Below, one piece after another: positions 44,552 to 50,104 of a stretch of DNA of 50,104 nucleotides. Each line of letters begins with the position of its first letter. Positions within the stretch are counted from its first letter, which is position 1. The notes under the pieces were generated by a model. That model made no database searches and was not told the DNA's origin. It saw only the letters and a list, made by a program, of their open reading frames with translations. The translations under genes were made by a program, and so were the position numbers. Where the stretch lies: assembly GCA_964490075.1 (NCBI GenBank), contig CAZBBK010000002.1, positions 1 through 50,104 of the forward strand, written 5' to 3'. The DNA is from an uncultured Gemmatimonadota bacterium. Lineage in GTDB: Bacteria; GCA-2686955.

Positions 44552-45409
44552 ATGCGCAACTTCATGACTTGTCTTGCCGCCTGCGCGATGGTGGCGGGCA
44601 CCGCCGGCGCCGACCTGGTGATCACCGAGATTATGCAAAACCCCAGCGCGGTGAGCGATGGGGATGGTGAGTACTTCGAGGTCTACAACAGCGGCGGAGC
44701 GGCCGTGAACATGAACGGCTACACGATCGTCGACAACGATTTCGACGACTTCGTGGTCGCGGGTGATCTCTTTGTGCCGGCCGACGACTACGTGGTCTTC
44801 GGCAAGAGCGACGTCGACTCGACCAACGGCGGCGTGCCGGTCGACTACGTCTTCGGCTCCTCCATGACTCTGGCCAACGGCGGCGACGAGGTCGTGATTC
44901 TCGATGCCGACAGCCTCGAAGTCGACCGCGTGGAGTGGGACGGCGGACCGCTCTTCCCGGATCCGAACGGCGCGTCGATGAACCTCGGCTGCTACCTGGC
45001 CGACAACAACGACGGATCGAACTGGTTCGAGGCGACCCTCGAGACTTACGGCGACGGCGACTTCGGTACTCCGGGCGCCGACAACGAAGAGGTCATCGTG
45101 GTGACCGTGACCGGCGCCCCCGACTCGGTGGCGGTCGGCGGCTCGGCCGATTTCGACGTGACCCTCAGCAACCTGACCTGCGGCGTGCTGACCTACGACG
45201 CGTGGATCCACGCCACCGGCGCCACGATCGATCAGACCGTGAAGACACAGCCGAACGTGACCCTGCCGGGGATGTTCGAGATCACGACTCCGATCAGCCT
45301 GCCGGTTCCCGGCGTGACTCCGGTCGGTGACTACGACGTTTCGGTGAACGTCGGCAACCTGCCGGACGACGCGCTCTGGTGGGACGACTTCACCGCCACC
45401 GTCTACTAA
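44552..45409 (+). CDS. Secreted lamin tail domain protein with C-terminal Ig-like domain
   Basis: Signal peptide; LVITEIMQNP..D..GEYFEVYN, LANGGD and GTPGADN motifs; acidic beta-rich C-terminal domain. Confidence 0.85.
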   Translation: MRNFMTCLAACAMVAGTAGADLVITEIMQNPSAVSDGDGEYFEVYNSGGAAVNMNGYTIVDNDFDDFVVAGDLFVPADDYVVFGKSDVDSTNGGVPVDYVFGSSMTLANGGDEVVILDADSLEVDRVEWDGGPLFPDPNGASMNLGCYLADNNDGSNWFEATLETYGDGDFGTPGADNEEVIVVTVTGAPDSVAVGGSADFDVTLSNLTCGVLTYDAWIHATGATIDQTVKTQPNVTLPGMFEITTPISLPVPGVTPVGDYDVSVNVGNLPDDALWWDDFTATVY

Positions 45410-45442
45410 GAGTTATCGCGGACGCTTTGCGCCGCGATAACT

Positions 45443-45512
45443 GGGGCGATTGCAGCAGTCGAAGGGCCCTCTGGCGAGGGCCCTTCGCAGCTGAATCGCC
45501 CCGTTGTATTTT
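45443..45512 (+). terminator. Long hairpin, probable terminator of the lamin-tail gene
   Basis: CGAAGGGCCCTC-TGGC-GAGGGCCCTTCG core, outer GGGGCGATT/AATCGCCCC stem, followed by GTTGTATTTTT. Confidence 0.55.
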
Positions 45513-45672
45513 TGGGGCGCTTGCGGCGTGTAGGGGGTCCTGCTCTTCGTTGGCCTCGCGCCTTTGGCGCTCGGGGTTGGGCTGTGGCGTTTCGCCGTCT
45601 TCTTGCCTCGCCCCTCACGTAGTAGCATCAGCCGCTCCGCAACCCCCGCTCCCTTCTCGACCGCGAGAGACC

Positions 45673-47178
45673 TTGATCACACCGAGCTTCGACGGCTTCG
45701 CCGCGCGCGCCCGTCGCCACCGCCACGTGGCGCTTTGGAGCGTGTCGCCGGCCGACCTGGAGACTCCGGTCTCCACCTATCTGAAGCTCGCGCAGCAGGG
45801 CGCTTGCTTTCTGCTGGAGAGCGTCGAGGGCTCGGAGATCATCGGGCGCTACTCCTTCATCGGCGTCGATACTTTCGAGCGCGTGGCGTTGCGCGGCGGC
45901 ACGGTCGAGATCGATGGTCCGGAGCCGCAGCGCCGCGCCTTGCGCGCCGGCGAGAGCGGACTCGACGCGATTCGGATGCGCCTGGAGCGGCTCGATGTCT
46001 GCCCGGAGGAGGATCTGCCCGGCTTCTTCGGCGGGGCGGTGGGCTATTTCGGTTACGACCTGGTGCGTCAGTTCGAGCACCTGCCCGATCGCCCCCCCGA
46101 CGCACTGGGAGTGCCAGATGCGCTGGTCTTTCTCGTCCGCACCGTGGTGATCTTCGATCATTTCCGCCGCAGCTGCACCTTGGTCACGATCGCCGACGCG
46201 CACGACGATGCGCGTCTTGCCTACGAATCGGCCCGAACCCGGCTCGAGGAGCTGCGCGCGACACTGCGCCAGGCGCTGCCGGCGACCGCCAGCGAGATCC
46301 CGCCGACCGCATTGGGCGCACCGCTCAGCTCGCTGGAGAGCGCGGAGTTCGCCGCGCGAGTGCGGCGCATCCAGGAGTACATCCGCGCCGGCGACACCTT
46401 TCAGGTGGTGCTCTCGCGCCGTGTGTCGGTGACGACAGCCCTCGATCCCTTCCTCCTCTACCGAGCCTTCCGCATTCTCTCGCCCTCGCCTTACCTCTTC
46501 TTCCTGCGCTTCGACGAGCTGCAGCTGGTCGGCGCATCGCCCGAGATGCTGGTAAAGCTCGACGAGGGCGTCTGCATGACGCGACCGATCGCCGGCACGC
46601 GGCCGCGCGGCGAAAACCAGGCCGCCGATCGCCAGCTCGCTCGCGAGCTGCTCGCCGATCCCAAAGAGCGGGCCGAGCACGTGATGCTGGTCGATCTGGG
46701 GCGCAACGATCTGGGGCGGGTGTCGCGCTACGGCAGCGTGCGGGTGACACGCATGATGGAGGTCGAGCGTTTCTCGCACGTGATGCACATCGTTTCCGAC
46801 GTGCGCGGGCGGACCGAGAGCGGGATCGGCGCCTTCGAGGTGCTGCGCGCCGCGTTCCCGGCCGGAACGGTGAGCGGTTCGCCGAAGGTGCGGGCGATGG
46901 AGATCATCGACGAGCTGGAGCCGAGCGCACGCGGGCCCTACGCCGGAGCGGTCGGCTACATCTCCTACCACGGCGCCCTGGACACCTGCATCGCCATCCG
47001 CACCGCGGTGGTGGCCGGCGGAGTGGTCCACCTGCAGGCCGGGGCGGGGGTGGTGGCCGATTCGGTGCCGGACGCCGAGTATCGAGAGACCGAGGCCAAG
47101 CTGAGCGCGGCGCTGCGGGCTCTGGAGCTGGCGGCGGCGGGGCTCGAGGGGCCGGCGGCCGCGGGCGGCGGAGGTTGA
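45673..47178 (+). CDS. trpE: Anthranilate synthase component I
   Basis: [58 protein letters not shown] and PAGTVSG motifs; TTG start inferred. Confidence 0.95.
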   Translation: MITPSFDGFAARARRHRHVALWSVSPADLETPVSTYLKLAQQGACFLLESVEGSEIIGRYSFIGVDTFERVALRGGTVEIDGPEPQRRALRAGESGLDAIRMRLERLDVCPEEDLPGFFGGAVGYFGYDLVRQFEHLPDRPPDALGVPDALVFLVRTVVIFDHFRRSCTLVTIADAHDDARLAYESARTRLEELRATLRQALPATASEIPPTALGAPLSSLESAEFAARVRRIQEYIRAGDTFQVVLSRRVSVTTALDPFLLYRAFRILSPSPYLFFLRFDELQLVGASPEMLVKLDEGVCMTRPIAGTRPRGENQAADRQLARELLADPKERAEHVMLVDLGRNDLGRVSRYGSVRVTRMMEVERFSHVMHIVSDVRGRTESGIGAFEVLRAAFPAGTVSGSPKVRAMEIIDELEPSARGPYAGAVGYISYHGALDTCIAIRTAVVAGGVVHLQAGAGVVADSVPDAEYRETEAKLSAALRALELAAAGLEGPAAAGGGG

Positions 47179-47182
47179 GCGG

Positions 47183-47755
47183 ATGGTGCTGGTCATCGAC
47201 AACTACGACAGCTTCACCTACAACCTGGTGCAGCTCATCGGCGCGCTGGGGATGCGCGTGAAGGTGGCGCGCAACGATGCGATCACGGTCGCCGAGGCGA
47301 ACGCGCTGCGTCCCAGCCACCTGATCATCTCACCGGGGCCGGGGCGGCCGCCGGGCGCCGGGGTGTCGATGGCGATGATCGAGGCCTTCGCCGAGTCCAC
47401 GCCGATCCTCGGGGTGTGCCTGGGGCACCAGGCGATCGGCGAGGTCTATGGCGGGCGCGTGGTGGCGGCGCCGAAGCTGATGCACGGCAAGGTGTCGCCG
47501 GTGTTTCACGACGGCCGCGGCTCGTTCGAGGGACTGGGAAACCCCTTCATCGCCACCCGCTACCACAGCCTGGTGCTCGATGAAGGGAGCCTGCCCGATC
47601 GGCTGGAGGTCTCGGCCTGGACCGAAGAGGGCGTGGTGATGGGGTTGCGCGTGCAGGGTACGCGGGTCGAAGGGGTGCAGTTCCACCCCGAGTCGATCCT
47701 CACCACCGAAGGCCGCATCCTGGTCGACAACTTCTTGCGCGGAGGCGGAGAATGA
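47183..47755 (+). CDS. trpG: Anthranilate synthase component II (glutamine amidotransferase)
   Basis: [28 protein letters not shown] and QFHPES motifs. Confidence 0.96.
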   Translation: MVLVIDNYDSFTYNLVQLIGALGMRVKVARNDAITVAEANALRPSHLIISPGPGRPPGAGVSMAMIEAFAESTPILGVCLGHQAIGEVYGGRVVAAPKLMHGKVSPVFHDGRGSFEGLGNPFIATRYHSLVLDEGSLPDRLEVSAWTEEGVVMGLRVQGTRVEGVQFHPESILTTEGRILVDNFLRGGGE

Positions 47756-48768
47756 TCGGTACCGCGATCGCCAGGTTGCTGGAGCGCCGGGATCTGAGCG
47801 TCGCAGAGAGCCACGGCGCGCTCTCCGAGATCATGGAGGGGCGGGCGACCGACGCGCAGATCGGGGCTTTTCTGGCGGCGCTCAGGATGAAGGGCGAGAC
47901 GGTCGACGAGATCGTGGGAGCGGCGCGGGCGATGCGCGAGCGCGTGGTGCCGGTGCAGGTGGCCAGCACGCCCTTGCTCGATACCTGCGGCACCGGCGGC
48001 GACGGCGCCGGCACCTTCAACATCTCGACCACGGTGGCCTTCGTGGCGGCGGCGGCCGGGGCACGGGTGGCCAAGCACGGCAACCGCTCGATCTCGTCGC
48101 GCTGCGGCAGCGCCGATGTGCTGGAGGCGCTCGGGGTGCGGGTCGATCTGCGGCCGGAGCAGATCGCGGCGGCGATCGAAGAAGTGGGAATCGGCTTCAT
48201 CTTCGCGCCGGCGCACCACCCGGCGATGAAGCACGCCATGGGGCCGCGCCGTGAGCTCGGGGTGCGAACGATCTTCAATCTGCTGGGGCCGCTCACCAAC
48301 CCTGCCGGGGCCACGCGCCAGATCATGGGGGTGTTCGACGCCGATCTGGTGGAGCCTCTGGCGCGGGTGCTGCGAGACCTGGGGGCGGAGCGGGCGCTGG
48401 TGGTGAGCGGGGCCGGCGGACTCGACGAGGCGGGGTTGAGTGGGGCGAATCGGGTGGCGCTGGTCGAGCAGGGCGCGCTGCGGAGCATCGAGATCGGGGC
48501 GGCGGAGCTGGGCCTGGACGAGGCGCCGCCGGAAGCGCTGCGGGGGGGTGATGCGGAGCGCAACGCGACGATTCTGCGCGCGGTGCTGAGCGGTGAACCG
48601 GGGGCGGCGCGCGAGGTGGTGCTGCTCAATGGGGGGTTGGCGTTGGTGGCCGCGGGCCTGGTGGATGACGCGGCCGAGGGAGTGCGCGGCGCGGCGCGGG
48701 CAATCGACTCCGGCGAGGCGCTGGCGGTGCTGGAACGTTACGTCGAGTACTGCGGGCGGGCGGCGTGA
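47752..48768 (+). CDS. trpD: Anthranilate phosphoribosyltransferase
   Basis: [40 protein letters not shown] and GLDE motifs. Confidence 0.97.
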   Translation: MIGTAIARLLERRDLSVAESHGALSEIMEGRATDAQIGAFLAALRMKGETVDEIVGAARAMRERVVPVQVASTPLLDTCGTGGDGAGTFNISTTVAFVAAAAGARVAKHGNRSISSRCGSADVLEALGVRVDLRPEQIAAAIEEVGIGFIFAPAHHPAMKHAMGPRRELGVRTIFNLLGPLTNPAGATRQIMGVFDADLVEPLARVLRDLGAERALVVSGAGGLDEAGLSGANRVALVEQGALRSIEIGAAELGLDEAPPEALRGGDAERNATILRAVLSGEPGAAREVVLLNGGLALVAAGLVDDAAEGVRGAARAIDSGEALAVLERYVEYCGRAA

Positions 48769-49556
48769 ACGCGACGATCCTGGAGGAGATCTGCGCCCGG
48801 GCACGGACCGATGCCCGGGCGGCGCGGCGGCGGGTGGCGCTGGAGGAGCTTCGCGAGGAGCTCCCTGCACCGGCGCCGGACTTCCTCGCTGCGCTGCGCG
48901 CAAAGCCGGGAGTGGCCCTGATCGCCGAGTGCAAGAGACGCTCCCCTTCGGCGGGAGTGCTGCGCGAGCCCTACGATCCGGTCGAGCTGGCGCGCAGCTA
49001 CTCCGCGGGCGGCGCGGCGGCGCTGAGCTGCCTGAGCAACCAGCCCTACTTCGGCGGCTCGCTGGCACACCTCGAGGCGGTGGCGCGGGCGGTCGATCTG
49101 CCGGTGCTCTGCAAGGAGTTCGTGGTCGACGAGTACCAGATCTGGCAGGCGCGCGCGGCGGGTGCGGCGGCGCTTCTGCTGATCGCCGCGGCGCTGCCGG
49201 GCGCTGCGCTGGAGACGCTGATCGAAGCGTGCGGCGAGGCGCGGCTCGAGACCCTGGTGGAGGTCCACACGGGCGACGAAATGACGCGCGCTGCGGATGC
49301 CGGAGCGCGCGTCATCGGCATCAACAACCGCGACCTGAGCGACTTCAGCGTTGATCGGCGGCGCGCGCTTCGCCTGGCCGAGCAGCGGCCGGGGGGGGTC
49401 TGGCTGGTGGCCGAGAGCGGAGTCGAGTCGCCGCGGGCGGTCGGGGAGTTGGCCGAGGCCGGATTCGATGCCGTGCTGGTCGGCACCGCATTGGTGCGCG
49501 AAGACGATCCCCGCGAACTGGCGCGGCGCCTGGTCGCGGCGGGGGAAGGGCGATGA
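48765..49556 (+). CDS. trpC: Indole-3-glycerol phosphate synthase
   Basis: IAECKRRSPS, YFGGS, LVEVH, GINNRDL and VAESG motifs. Confidence 0.96.
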   Translation: MNATILEEICARARTDARAARRRVALEELREELPAPAPDFLAALRAKPGVALIAECKRRSPSAGVLREPYDPVELARSYSAGGAAALSCLSNQPYFGGSLAHLEAVARAVDLPVLCKEFVVDEYQIWQARAAGAAALLLIAAALPGAALETLIEACGEARLETLVEVHTGDEMTRAADAGARVIGINNRDLSDFSVDRRRALRLAEQRPGGVWLVAESGVESPRAVGELAEAGFDAVLVGTALVREDDPRELARRLVAAGEGR

Positions 49557-50104
49557 AACGCGCGCGCCTCAAGTTCTGCGGCATCACCAATGCCGGCGAT
49601 GCTCAGGCCGCCGTGGCGCTCGGTGCCGACGCCCTCGGTTTCGTGCTGGCGGGCGGGCCGCGGGCCGTGACTCCGGAGCGCGTGGCGTCGATCTGCGCCG
49701 CACTGCCGCCCTTCGTGGTGCGGGTCGGGGTATTCGTGGACCAGGAGCTGGATGAGGTGGAAGGGCTGCTGCAAAGCTGTCATCTCGACCGGGCGCAGCT
49801 CCATGGCGAGGAGGATCCGGCCTTCGTGCGGGCGCTGGAAGGCAGGGCCTACAAGGCCTTTCGAGTGCGCGAGGGGGAGGATCCGAGCACCGAGATCGCC
49901 CGCTACCCCGAGGGGGCGGTGCTGCTCGACGCCTGGCATCCCCGGCGCCCCGGCGGGACCGGAAGACGCTGCGACTGGTCGGTCGCGCGCCGCGTCGCCG
50001 AGCAGCGGCCGGTGATCCTGGCCGGTGGGTTGGAGGCCGGCAATATCGGCGCCGCGCTGGCCGAGGTGCGCCCCTGGGCGGTCGATGTGTCGAGCGGAGT
50101 GGAG
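49553..50104 (+). CDS. trpF: Phosphoribosylanthranilate isomerase (partial, runs off the window end)
   Basis: Translated by hand: MKRARLKFCGIT..GADALGF..VGVFV..QLHGEE..GGTG..ILAGGL..VDVSSGVE; ATGA overlap with trpC. Confidence 0.95.
   Translation, partial: MKRARLKFCGITNAGDAQAAVALGADALGFVLAGGPRAVTPERVASICAALPPFVVRVGVFVDQELDEVEGLLQSCHLDRAQLHGEEDPAFVRALEGRAYKAFRVREGEDPSTEIARYPEGAVLLDAWHPRRPGGTGRRCDWSVARRVAEQRPVILAGGLEAGNIGAALAEVRPWAVDVSSGVE

Noticed and set aside
45410-45672. trp attenuator leader peptide or T-box
   Set aside because: No short ORF with tandem Trp codons and no T-box consensus seen
259-50015. Many long antisense or alternative-frame ORFs (e.g. 2929..5517, 10377..12563, 17191..20490, 24002..26116, 26984..29209)
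   Set aside because: They overlap well-supported genes, carry no recognisable motifs and are expected shadow ORFs in very GC-rich DNA
1-50104. CRISPR arrays, rRNA, tRNA, transposases, integrases
   Set aside because: No repeat-spacer pattern, RNA gene signature or mobile-element motif recognised by eye; tRNAscan-SE and Rfam scans would be decisive

Overview
GC-rich bacterial chromosomal segment, almost all genes on the + strand. The LptE-type lipoprotein, beta-barrels and TonB-type motor point to a diderm; lineage cannot be fixed from sequence alone. Housekeeping genes: ptsH-ptsI-metK, pyrE, comEC, tyrS, hisC-crt-leuA-like-leuB, holA-mtaB, cytochrome c maturation System II (resB/ccsA) and trpEGDCF (trpF runs off the end). 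The main accessory locus (9.2-18.9 kb) resembles the core of the myxobacterial Agl-Glt machinery: two large secreted TPR proteins (GltC/GltD-like), a small GltF-like protein, a MotA/TolQ subunit, two ExbD subunits (one with Asn in place of the proton-accepting Asp) and a TonB-like AgmX/PglI (GltG-like) protein. It has no GltE gene and no FHA domain, the GltD-like protein has an unusual hydrophobic C-terminal tail, and a YjbH-like barrel gene is transcribed divergently. Also present: an sxtJ-like/carbamoyltransferase pair after metK, two GT-C+TPR membrane proteins, atypical two-component proteins, a 55-aa ORF missing from the ORF track, a probably inactive Mrr-like membrane protein and several structured intergenic regions. 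No rRNA, tRNA, CRISPR array or mobile element was recognised. All family calls come from motif recognition, not database searches.
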